From: Acidimicrobiia bacterium
Lineage (GTDB): Bacteria > Actinomycetota > Acidimicrobiia > IMCC26256 > JACDBD01
DNA: 60,173 nt
NCBI GenBank assembly: GCA_036498645.1
Contig: DASYFC010000026.1
Location: 1 to 60,173, forward strand
Direction: 5' to 3'
Below the pieces are notes generated by a model. That model was not told the origin of the DNA, searched no databases, and saw only the letters and a list, made by a program, of their open reading frames with translations. Both the position numbers and the translations under genes were made by a program. Below, piece by piece: positions 1-7,348 of the stretch; positions within the stretch are counted from its first letter, which is position 1, and every line of letters begins with the position of its first letter.

Positions 1-378
1 CCGCAGCCGGTCGGAGCTCGACGCGACGGCTTGGAGCCGGGCGCCGAGCCCCTCGAGCTGGTCGGCGGTCTGGGCCTCGGCGTCGGCGTCGGCCTCGCCG
101 TCCTTGGCGCGTCGCAGCTCGCCCCAACGCGCCAGCCGGAGTCCGAGAGCCCGGGAGACGTTCCGTTCGCCGCCCCCGGCCGCTGCGAGCTGCGTATTCG
201 CTTCCGCGAGCTTGGCGTACCTCACTGACAGCGGTCCCCGGAGCGGCGTCCACGCACGGTCGACGCCGTCTCGCGCGTCCTCGAGCTTCGGGCGGGTCGT
301 CAGCACGAGCGCGATCGCCCCGACCACGAGCAGCACGAGCACGACGACCGCGAGACGCCGGACCCGACGAGCCATCAT
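1..378 (-). CDS. hypothetical membrane-anchored protein, N-terminal part only (ORF runs off left edge)
   Basis: Hand translation of the minus strand from tandem ATG ATG (378/375) gives MMARRVRRLAVVVLVLLVVGAIALVLTTRPKLEDARDGV... It has one N-terminal TM helix, the frame is open to position 1, and third positions are G/C-rich. It is absent from the ORF track because there is no stop in the window. Confidence 0.45.
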   Translation of the reverse strand, partial: MMARRVRRLAVVVLVLLVVGAIALVLTTRPKLEDARDGVDRAWTPLRGPLSVRYAKLAEANTQLAAAGGGERNVSRALGLRLARWGELRRAKDGEADADAEAQTADQLEGLGARLQAVASSSDRLR

Positions 379-434
379 CGGGGAAAGCTAGCGGCGGGCT
401 CCCCGGTGATCGCTCATCCCCTAGCGTCGGCCGG

Positions 435-914
435 GTGATCACCGCGATCGCCCACACGGCGGTGTGCGTGCCGGACGTCGAGGCGGCCGTGGAGTGGTAC
501 CGGTCCGTGCTCGGCCTCACCGTCCTCTCGCCGCCCTACCTCGTCGAGGGGGACGCCATCGAGCGCGACATGGGCGAGCTCGTTCCGAGCCCGGTGGCCG
601 TGAAAGCCGCCATTCTCGGGTTCCCGGACGGCGGCGACCGCGTGCTCGAGATCATCGAGTACCCGCGTGCGCCCGGCCACCGCCGGCCGCAGGACGCGTC
701 GGTGACGGACCACGGGTTCACTCACGTCGGGCTCGTGTGCGACGACATCGCCGAGACGCGCGCCGAGCTCGAAAGCAAAGGGGTGCACTTCCTCACTCGC
801 GGGACCGCCGAGATCGCCGGCCTGCGCACCACGTGGTTCGCCGATCCGCACGGGCTCGTGTTCATCCTGCTCGAGAAGCGCGAGCCCGAGAAGCCGTACT
901 TCGCGCAGTACTGA
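435..914 (+). CDS. VOC (glyoxalase/bleomycin resistance/dioxygenase) family protein
   Basis: ORF 435..914 with a GTG start. N-terminus ITAIAHTAVCVPDVEAAVEWYRSVLGL and HVGLVCDDIAETRAELESKGVHF are typical paired beta-alpha-beta-beta-beta VOC modules. Confidence 0.85.
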   Translation: MITAIAHTAVCVPDVEAAVEWYRSVLGLTVLSPPYLVEGDAIERDMGELVPSPVAVKAAILGFPDGGDRVLEIIEYPRAPGHRRPQDASVTDHGFTHVGLVCDDIAETRAELESKGVHFLTRGTAEIAGLRTTWFADPHGLVFILLEKREPEKPYFAQY

Positions 915-940
915 CCCCGGACGCCGTCACACCGCCCCGG

Positions 941-946
941 TACGAT
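941..946 (+). promoter_or_regulatory. putative -10 hexamer TACGAT, 6 nt before the ATG (leaderless mRNA configuration)
   Basis: GGTACGATCC at 939-948 fits the actinobacterial TANNNT/TAYgAT -10. The ATG at 953 lies about 7 nt downstream with no SD. The same 10-mer recurs at 31759 and 48314. Confidence 0.35.
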
Positions 947-952
947 CCCCGC

Positions 953-1441
953 ATGACCCGCTCCCGGGTCGTGGTCGTGGTGATCCTCGCCGCCGCCTCA
1001 CTCGGGGGCTGGCGGCTCGGACGAGCACACCACGCCGCGACCGCCGAATGGGCCGTCGTCCGCGTGGTCGACGGCGACACGATCGAAGTCGCGCGCGGTG
1101 GCAACGCCACCGACACGGTCCGGCTGCTGGGAATCAACACGCCCGAGACCCATCATCCGACCAAGCCGGTCGAATGCTTCGGGCCCGAGGCAGCCGCTTT
1201 CACGGGGGAGCACCTGGCGGGAAGGTCGGTGCAGCTCGAGGACGACATCGAGCGACGCGACCGGTACGGCCGGCGCCTCGCGTACGTCATCGTCGACGGC
1301 GAGCGGTTCAACGACGAGCTGCTACGTCGCGGCTACGCCCGCCTTCTCGTCATCGAGCCCAATCACGCGCACGCCCGCACGATGCTGCGCGAGGAGCTCG
1401 ACGCCAAGCGCGCCGGCCGCGGGCTCTGGAGCGAGTGCTGA
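953..1441 (+). CDS. thermonuclease (staphylococcal nuclease-like) family protein with N-terminal signal/anchor
   Basis: In-frame ATG at 953 inside ORF 464..1441. Sequence MTRSRVVVVVILAAASLGG then VVRVVDGDTIEV...VRLLGINTPE...YGRRLAYV matches the SNase fold signature. Confidence 0.85.
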   Translation: MTRSRVVVVVILAAASLGGWRLGRAHHAATAEWAVVRVVDGDTIEVARGGNATDTVRLLGINTPETHHPTKPVECFGPEAAAFTGEHLAGRSVQLEDDIERRDRYGRRLAYVIVDGERFNDELLRRGYARLLVIEPNHAHARTMLREELDAKRAGRGLWSEC

Positions 1442-1471
1442 GCGCGCCGCGACGAAGGCGGGTGCGGTGAT

Positions 1472-1789
1472 TCAGAGCGTGTCGGTGGTGAGCCGGGTGC
1501 GGAGCTTGTCGATGGCACCGCCCAGCACGTCGCGGGTGTGGGTGTGCGACCAGCCCCGCTCGTGGGCGAGGTCCTTCATCGACGTGGCGGAGCCGTTGAA
1601 CCCGAACCGGCGAGCCACGAGCTCGTACTCGGTGGGGTCCAGGCACTCGAACGCGTGCGGGTCGGCGCGGAGCTCGAGCGCGTCGAGGTCGACCTCGTCG
1701 TCGGCGGCGGGATCGTCGAATCCACCCGGGAGATCGGGATACGGCCAGCCGTCGTCGGTGGGGAAGACCGGGAAGCTCGACCAAGCCAT
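1472..1789 (-). CDS. small acidic protein with C-terminal sigma-70 region 4-like helix-turn-helix
   Basis: ORF 1472..1849, with internal ATG 1789 preceded by GGAG. The C-terminus LDPTEYELVARRFGFNGSATSMKDLAHERGWSHTHTRDVLGGAIDKLRTRL follows the sigma region 4.2 pattern. There are no sigma regions 2 or 3. Confidence 0.6.
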   Translation of the reverse strand: MAWSSFPVFPTDDGWPYPDLPGGFDDPAADDEVDLDALELRADPHAFECLDPTEYELVARRFGFNGSATSMKDLAHERGWSHTHTRDVLGGAIDKLRTRLTTDTL

Positions 1790-1856
1790 CGCGTCACTCC
1801 GCTGCCGGTGCCGTGCCCGCATCGTGGCCGAGGCGTCGGGCTCCGTCAACGGGGAG

Positions 1857-3902
1857 TCAGCCGGGATGGCGGCCGACCATCTCGAGCAGGGCGTGGCCGT
1901 GCCGCTGGAGCTTGACCGGCCCGATGCCCGGGATCGTCAGCAGGTCGCCCCGGGACTGCGGCCGGTCGCGTGCGACGGCCTCGAGGGTCGTGTCGTGGAA
2001 GATCACGTAGGCCGGCACGCCCGACGCGCGGGCGAGGTTGCGACGCCATTCGAGGAGCGCGCCCAGGAGCTCGGTCGCCTCGGCGTCGAGCGGGCGCTCG
2101 CGCGTGGCTCCGGAGTGGCGTCGCGCCCCGGCGACCTGGTCCCGGGCGGCGGCGAGCCCGTGACGCTGCTGGTCGCGCGCCACGCTGCCGCCCACCGGTG
2201 CGCGAGCCACCGACACCGTCGCCTCGATCGGAGCCAGCCACGGGCTGGGCGTACGGCGGTAGGTGCGCATCCCCACCGTGCGCTTCTGGGCCCAACTCAC
2301 GTGTAGCGCGCGTTCGGCGCGCGACAACGCCACGTACAGGAGACGCAGCTCCTCGGCTTTTTCCTGCGGTGTCTCGGCATGCACGATCGGCACGAGCCCC
2401 GTCTCCAAGCCGGCGACGAACACAGTGTCGAACTCGAGCCCCTTGGCCCGATGGAAGCTGAGCAGCTCCACCGCATTGGCGCTCGAGGCTCCGGTGTCGT
2501 CGCCGGCCCGCAGCGCCGTCTGCAGGAATTCGAGGAACCCGGCGAGCGACCCGTGCCCGCCGTCGGTGACGAGGTAGTCGCGGCCGAGGCGGCCGATCGC
2601 CTCGACGTGCTCGCGGCGTTCCTCGGACGCGTCGGCGGTGCTCTCGGTGAGGGCTTCCAAGTGGCCCGCGAACGGGAGGCCGGGCTGTTCGCGGGTCCGC
2701 TCGCGGAGCGTCTCCAGCGCGACCTGGACCTCCGGGCGGTCGAGGAACCGTCCGCCGCCCCGCACCCGGAACGGGACGCCTTCGCGCCGCAGCGCCTCCT
2801 CGAACAGCGCCGACTGGGCGTTCGTCCGGTACAGCACCGCCGCCGACGACCACGGGGTCCCCGGCGGGTGGTCGCGGCGCAACGATCGCGCGACACCCTC
2901 GGCTTCGGCCTCGTCGCTCGGGTACGAACGGACGACCGGGAGCGGGCCCTCGGGTCGCGAGCTGCGGACGGCGGCTCGATCGCCGCTCGTCTCCAGCACC
3001 GCCGCCGCGGCCGACACCACCTGCGGCGAGGAGCGGTAGTTCGTGTCGAGGCGCACGACGGACGCGCCGGGGAAGTGGTCGCCGAACGAGGTGAGATACG
3101 ACGGGTCGGCGCCCGCGAACCCGTAGATCGCCTGGTCGCCGTCGCCGACGACGCACAGGTCGGCGCGATCGCCGAGCCAGGCGCGGACGAGGCGGAACTG
3201 GGCGGGGTTGGCGTCCTGGAACTCATCGACGAAGACGTGCTGGAACCGCCACCGCTGCGCGGCCTGGAACTCGGCATCCGTCTCGAGCGCGTGCGCGCAC
3301 CACGTGATGAGGTCGTCGAAGTCGACGAGGCCTCGGCGGCGGCGTTCGCGTTCGTAGCGCTCGAAGTACACGGCGATTTCGGCTGGGGGCCGCGGCGGGT
3401 CCCGCCGTGCCGCCTCGGCGGCGGCCTGGTAGCCGTCGGCACGGACGAGGCGCGCCTTGGCCCACTCGATCTCGGTGGCGACCTCGGCGGCGAGCAGCGC
3501 GCGCTCACCGCCCCGGCCCGGCAGCATCGGCACGAGGAGGCGCGCCTTGCGGTCGAGCAGCTTCGGCATCGGCCGGTCGTGGTCCTCGCAGCGGCGCCGG
3601 AGCTGCGCCAGCGCGATGGCGTGGAACGTGCCCGCGGCGACCTGGCGGCGGACCCCGAGCCGGGTGAGGCGATCGCCGAGCTCGCCCGCGGCCTTGCGCG
3701 TGAACGTGACTGCGAGCGTGTGCCCCGGGTCGATGTGCGCGTGCCGGGCCTGCCAGGCGATGCGACGGGTCAGGACGCGCGTCTTGCCCGCGCCGGCGCC
3801 GGCGAGGATCGCGAGCGGTACGGCACGCGTGGTGACGGCCTCACGCTGTGCGTCGTCGAGGCCGTCGAGCAACGGGTCCTCGCGCAACTGGTCAGGGCGC
3901 AC
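1857..3902 (-). CDS. uvrD2: UvrD/PcrA-family ATP-dependent DNA helicase with C-terminal HRDC domain (UvrD2-like architecture)
   Basis: 681-aa ORF. It has Walker A AGAGAGKTRVL, helicase motifs (DEFQD, TNYRS, VLYRTN, FHRAKGLEFD, YVALSRA) and a C-terminal HRDC-like LLEWRRNLARASGVPAYVIFHDTTLEAVA...IPGIGPVKL. Confidence 0.88.
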   Translation of the reverse strand: MRPDQLREDPLLDGLDDAQREAVTTRAVPLAILAGAGAGKTRVLTRRIAWQARHAHIDPGHTLAVTFTRKAAGELGDRLTRLGVRRQVAAGTFHAIALAQLRRRCEDHDRPMPKLLDRKARLLVPMLPGRGGERALLAAEVATEIEWAKARLVRADGYQAAAEAARRDPPRPPAEIAVYFERYERERRRRGLVDFDDLITWCAHALETDAEFQAAQRWRFQHVFVDEFQDANPAQFRLVRAWLGDRADLCVVGDGDQAIYGFAGADPSYLTSFGDHFPGASVVRLDTNYRSSPQVVSAAAAVLETSGDRAAVRSSRPEGPLPVVRSYPSDEAEAEGVARSLRRDHPPGTPWSSAAVLYRTNAQSALFEEALRREGVPFRVRGGGRFLDRPEVQVALETLRERTREQPGLPFAGHLEALTESTADASEERREHVEAIGRLGRDYLVTDGGHGSLAGFLEFLQTALRAGDDTGASSANAVELLSFHRAKGLEFDTVFVAGLETGLVPIVHAETPQEKAEELRLLYVALSRAERALHVSWAQKRTVGMRTYRRTPSPWLAPIEATVSVARAPVGGSVARDQQRHGLAAARDQVAGARRHSGATRERPLDAEATELLGALLEWRRNLARASGVPAYVIFHDTTLEAVARDRPQSRGDLLTIPGIGPVKLQRHGHALLEMVGRHPG

Positions 3903-3908
3903 TCGTGG

Positions 3909-3914
3909 ACCATA
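3909..3914 (-). promoter_or_regulatory. putative -10 hexamer TATGGT, 6 nt before the GTG of the helicase (leaderless)
   Basis: Minus strand reads cggTATGGTccacgaGTG. The hexamer has TANNNT form with the same geometry as at 941-953. Confidence 0.3.
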
Positions 3915-3959
3915 CCGATCGGGTACGACAGGAACCGCGGATCATCCCTCGACCTGCAC

Positions 3960-4022
3960 ACGCGGAAATGGGAAAGGCCCCGAGTAGTCTTCGCTGCGTC
4001 GCAGCTCCGATCTCCTCGGGGC
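3960..4022 (-). terminator. stem-loop terminator candidate for the upstream minus-strand non-coding unit
   Basis: A 10-bp GC stem AGGCCCCGAG(4022-4013)/CTCGGGGCCU(3981-3972) has an inner GCUGC/GCAGC hairpin. On the minus strand it is followed by UUUCCCAUUUCC. Confidence 0.45.
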
Positions 4023-4119
4023 CTCCCGTTCGAACATTTGCCTTTGGGGGCTCCCCGGCGGGCGGGGCGTCCCCATCGACTCTGTCCCGGCCCCTGGCGC
4101 CGGATCGCTCCGACGTTCG

Positions 4120-4202
4120 GTCGCCGACCGACTCCTCGGACCCGTATTCCGGCTGCTGTCCTTGCGGACATCACCAGTGCCGTGCCCTTGTCGCCGGTGC
4201 TT
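4120..4202 (-). ncRNA. candidate small structured RNA; apex resembles SRP RNA (ffs) domain IV
   Basis: A 74-nt imperfect hairpin (4197-4124) starts about 7 nt after a sigma-A-like promoter. The apex GGUGAUGUCC-GCAA-GGACAGCAGCCGG resembles the conserved SRP GGUCAGGUCC-GGAA-GGAAGCAGCC. The region is visibly less GC-rich and shows no coding periodicity. Confidence 0.35.
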
Positions 4203-4205
4203 GCG

Positions 4206-4234
4206 AACATACGACCGCGACCGCGCGCCGTCAA
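4206..4234 (-). promoter_or_regulatory. sigma-70/sigma-A type promoter, TTGACG - 17 nt - TATGTT
   Basis: Counted base by base on the minus strand: -35 TTGACG at 4234-4229, a 17-nt spacer at 4228-4212, and -10 TATGTT at 4211-4206. Confidence 0.5.
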
Positions 4235-4265
4235 GGGACTTCGCGACCTCGGGTAGCTTCCTCTG

Positions 4266-4631
4266 ATGCACGTGTCGCGCGTCCGCTTCGAAGAGCTCGT
4301 CGCCGACGCGCTCGACTCCATTCCCCCCGACCTGGCCGCGCACATGGACAACGTGGTGGTCGTCGTCGAGGACTGGCCGACGCGCGAGCAGCTCGGCGGT
4401 CGACGGGGCACGCTCCTCGGTCTGTACGAAGGCGTACAACTCACCAACCGCTCGCCCCTCAACTACGCGGGGGTGATGCCCGACCGCGTCACGATCTTCC
4501 GGGGACCATTGTGCGAGCGGTCACAAGACGAAGCGCACCTCGCCCACCAGATCCGGGTCACCGTCGTCCACGAGATCGGGCACCACTTCGGCATCGACGA
4601 CGCCCGCCTCCGCGAGCTGGGCTGGAGCTAG
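4266..4631 (+). CDS. metallopeptidase family protein (minimal zincin, HExxH)
   Basis: 121-aa ORF. VTVVHEIGHHFGIDD carries the HEIGH zinc motif, and the size and layout match the small Zn-dependent protease family common in actinobacteria. Confidence 0.85.
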   Translation: MHVSRVRFEELVADALDSIPPDLAAHMDNVVVVVEDWPTREQLGGRRGTLLGLYEGVQLTNRSPLNYAGVMPDRVTIFRGPLCERSQDEAHLAHQIRVTVVHEIGHHFGIDDARLRELGWS

Positions 4632-4661
4632 GACTTCGCCGAGCACCTAGGCTCTCGGCCG

Positions 4662-5978
4662 ATGCGCGACGGGGCCCGCTGGCGCAACTGGGGTCGCAAC
4701 CAGCAGTGCAGCCCCGCGGCCGTCGAGACGCCCACGAGCGAGCTCGAGGTCGTCGAGGCAGTGCAGCGAGCGAAGCGAGCGGGACAGACGGTCAAGGTCG
4801 TGGGCGCCGGACACTCGTTCACCGGCATCGCCTGTACCGACGGCCGGATGCTGCGTCTGGGGGGGCTCAACCGGATCGTCGCGATGGACCGCGACGCGAA
4901 CACCGTCACCGTCGAGGGTGGCATCCCGCTGTGGCAGCTCAACGACGAGCTGGAGACGCGTGGCCTGGCGCTCGCGAACCTGGGCGACATCGACCGGCAG
5001 TCGATCTCGGGCGCGATCGCGACCGCAACGCACGGCGGCGGGAAGGGCTTCGGCGGCCTGGCCACGTTCGTGACCGCGCTGGAGCTCGTCACGGCCGACG
5101 GCGAAGTGCTGCGCTGCTCGCGCGATGAGGAGCCCGAGGTGTTCGCGAGCGCACGCGTCGGCCTCGGCGCGCTCGGCGTGGTGACGAAGGTGACGCTCCA
5201 GTGCCAACCGTCGTTCCGTCTGCACTCGATCGAGAAGCCCCGGCCTCTCGACTCGCTCGTCGACGACCTCGACGACATCGTCGACCACAACGAGCACATC
5301 GACTGTTACTGGTTCCCGCACACCGACGTGGCCACGGTCAAGGTCGCCAACCGGACCGACGAGCCGCTCCGTACCAAGTCGTCGTGGAAGGCATGGCGCG
5401 ACGACATCCTGCTCGCCAACTACGCGTTCGGGGCCGCGGCCGCGCTCGGACGCCGGCGCCCGGCGGCGATCCCGAAGCTCATGAACCTCGTCGCCGGCGG
5501 GATCGGCAAGACCGAGGTCGTCGACGTGAGCCACCGGGTGCTGTGCAGCCGGCGGCTCGTGCGGTTCGTCGAGATGGAGTACGCCATCCCGCGCGCCGAG
5601 CTCGGCAAGACGCTGCTGCGCGTGCGCGATCTCATCGAGCGCGAGGGCTTGGCGGTGAACTTCCCGATCGAGTTGCGCGTCGCGGCGGCCGACGACATCC
5701 CTTTGAGCACCGCGAGCGGGCGCGAGACGGGCTATCTGGCAGTCCACTTGTCGGCGGGTATGCCGTTCGATCAGTACTTCCGGGGCGTCGAGGGGATCAT
5801 GGACGACGTCGGCGGCCGGCCCCACTGGGGGAAGATGCACTACCAGACGGCCGAGACGCTCGCGCCCAGGTACTCCGACTGGGCGCAGTTTCAGGCCGTC
5901 CGTGCCCGCCTCGATCCCGACGGTCGATTCCGGAACCCGTACCTGGATCGCGTGCTCGGCCCGGTCGCGTCGCCGTAA
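4662..5978 (+). CDS. FAD-linked oxidoreductase, D-arabinono-1,4-lactone / L-gulonolactone oxidase family
   Basis: 438-aa ORF. The N-terminal FAD-binding PCMH domain has VKVVGAGHSFTGIA, and the C-terminal ALO-type domain has GRPHWGK. Confidence 0.85.
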   Translation: MRDGARWRNWGRNQQCSPAAVETPTSELEVVEAVQRAKRAGQTVKVVGAGHSFTGIACTDGRMLRLGGLNRIVAMDRDANTVTVEGGIPLWQLNDELETRGLALANLGDIDRQSISGAIATATHGGGKGFGGLATFVTALELVTADGEVLRCSRDEEPEVFASARVGLGALGVVTKVTLQCQPSFRLHSIEKPRPLDSLVDDLDDIVDHNEHIDCYWFPHTDVATVKVANRTDEPLRTKSSWKAWRDDILLANYAFGAAAALGRRRPAAIPKLMNLVAGGIGKTEVVDVSHRVLCSRRLVRFVEMEYAIPRAELGKTLLRVRDLIEREGLAVNFPIELRVAAADDIPLSTASGRETGYLAVHLSAGMPFDQYFRGVEGIMDDVGGRPHWGKMHYQTAETLAPRYSDWAQFQAVRARLDPDGRFRNPYLDRVLGPVASP

Positions 5979-5987
5979 CCTCGACCC

Positions 5988-6620
5988 ATGCCTTACCCGC
6001 GGCATCTCCTCAACGAGGGCGAGACGGTCGCGCTCGACCTCCATCCGCACTGGTGGTACTTCTCGAAGCACATCCTCACCGGGATCCCGCTCTTCCTCGC
6101 GCTCATCGGTGTGCTCACGTTGTCGGGCAGCGTGCAGACGGTCGCCGGGTGGGCGTGGGCGATCCTCGCCGTCATCTGGGCCGGCTGGCTCGCGATCAAG
6201 TACTTCCAGTGGCAGTACACACACTTCGTGGTGACCGACGACCGCGTGATCTTCCGCACCGGCATGCTCTCGAAGCACGGCGTCGAGATCCCGCTCGAGC
6301 GGATCAACAACATCAACTTCGACCAGCGGATCTTCGAGCGGGTGATCGGCGCCGGCGACCTCGACATCGAGTCGGCGGGCCGGGAGGGCCAGTCGCACTT
6401 CGAGGACGTCCGCCACCCCGACGGGGTGCAGCAGGAGATCTACCGCCAGATGGAGATCAACGCCAAGGAGACCGCGAGCTGGTCGGCTCCGCAGGCGCCC
6501 GCCGGTGGTGGCGCCAGCATCCCCGACCAGATCGAGCAACTCGCCGCCCTGCGCGACAAGGGGCACATCACCGCCGAGGAGTTCGAGGCCAAGAAGACCG
6601 CGCTCCTCGGGCGGATGTAG
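5988..6620 (+). CDS. membrane PH-domain (bPH_2/YdbT-like) protein with C-terminal SHOCT domain
   Basis: Two TM helices are followed by THFVVTDDRVIFRTGMLSKHGVEIPLERINNINFDQ (bPH_2). The C-terminal IEQLAALRDKGHITAEEFEAKKTALLGRM is a SHOCT motif. Confidence 0.8.
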   Translation: MPYPRHLLNEGETVALDLHPHWWYFSKHILTGIPLFLALIGVLTLSGSVQTVAGWAWAILAVIWAGWLAIKYFQWQYTHFVVTDDRVIFRTGMLSKHGVEIPLERINNINFDQRIFERVIGAGDLDIESAGREGQSHFEDVRHPDGVQQEIYRQMEINAKETASWSAPQAPAGGGASIPDQIEQLAALRDKGHITAEEFEAKKTALLGRM

Positions 6621-6628
6621 CCACGGCT

Positions 6629-7348
6629 CTGCGCGTCGTCTCCCTCGTCCCGTCCGCAACCGAGACGCTGCGCGCCATCGGCGTGGATCCGGTTGCGTGC
6701 ACCCGGTTCTGCGAGCAACCCGACCTGCCCACGGTCGGCGGGACGAAGAACCCGGACGTCGAGGCGATCGTCGCCCTCGCGCCCGATCTGGTGATCGTGA
6801 ACGACGAGGAGAACCGCGTCGAGGACGCCGACGCGCTCACCGCCGCCGGGCTGCGCGTGCACTCGATGTCACCCCGGTCGGTCGCAGACGTCGGGCCCGC
6901 TGTCGTCGGGTTGGGCGACGCGGTCGGTGCCGATGTCCCGGCGGTGTTCTGGACACCCGATTGGGAACGGTGGCTCGACGAACAGCGGGCCGTGGCGCCG
7001 GGGGTGGCACGGCGGGCGGCGGTTCTCGTCTGGCGCCGGCCGTGGATGACGGCGAACGCGGATACCTACGGCTCGTCGCTCTTGGCGCTGCTCGGCATCG
7101 AGAACGTGTTCGCCGGCGCACGAGAGCGCTATCCCGAGACGACGCTGGAAGAGATCGCGGAGCGCCGCGCCGACCTCGTGGTGCTCCCCGGGGAGCCGTA
7201 CCCGTTCAAGAACCGCCATGTCGACGAGGTGGAGGCGATCGTTCGCGGCGCCGACGTCCGGCTCGTCGACGGCCGCGACCTCTTCTGGTGGGGCATCCGC
7301 ACGCCCGATGCCGTCGCGAGGCTCTGCGAGGCGCTCAGACGTTCGTGA
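6629..7348 (+). CDS. helical-backbone metal receptor / cobalamin-binding-like periplasmic-binding-protein fold protein (start uncertain)
   Basis: This is the tail of ORF 5201..7348. RVVSLVPSATETLRAIGV...PDLVIVNDEEN is the typical Peripla_BP_2 N-terminus. No in-frame ATG/GTG/TTG lies near it, so CTG 6629 is taken provisionally. Confidence 0.6.
   Translation: MRVVSLVPSATETLRAIGVDPVACTRFCEQPDLPTVGGTKNPDVEAIVALAPDLVIVNDEENRVEDADALTAAGLRVHSMSPRSVADVGPAVVGLGDAVGADVPAVFWTPDWERWLDEQRAVAPGVARRAAVLVWRRPWMTANADTYGSSLLALLGIENVFAGARERYPETTLEEIAERRADLVVLPGEPYPFKNRHVDEVEAIVRGADVRLVDGRDLFWWGIRTPDAVARLCEALRRS

Noticed and set aside
3968-4262. Cys/His-rich peptide (..DPYSGCCPCGHHQCRALVAGACEH..) in the frame of ORF 3848..5128, with locally G/C-rich third positions.
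   Set aside because: There is no stop before it runs through the zincin and oxidase genes out of frame, and no SD or start context. The rest of the frame has mixed third-position composition.
3903-4265. RNase P RNA, tmRNA or a tRNA in the large gap, suggested by GAAGUCC-like, ACAGCAGCCGGAAUAC-like and GTTCGAAC strings.
   Set aside because: The two RNase P-like strings are only about 90 nt apart instead of about 300. There is no GGGGCUGA...UCCACCA frame or tag ORF for tmRNA. There is no cloverleaf or T-arm stem around TTCGAA.
4647-6659. 670-aa minus-strand ORF. Many similar long ORFs also appear: 1846-3156(-), 8211-10079(+), 14299-16404(-), 18014-20359(+), 31842-33854(-), 33864-36680(-), 38549-40606(-), 43061-45157(+), 55067-56359(-) and 56790-58100(-).
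   Set aside because: These are shadow ORFs typical of very GC-rich DNA. Their translations are Arg/Ala/Gly/Pro/Asp-rich with no recognisable motifs. Each lies antisense or out of frame to a CDS with clear family signatures.
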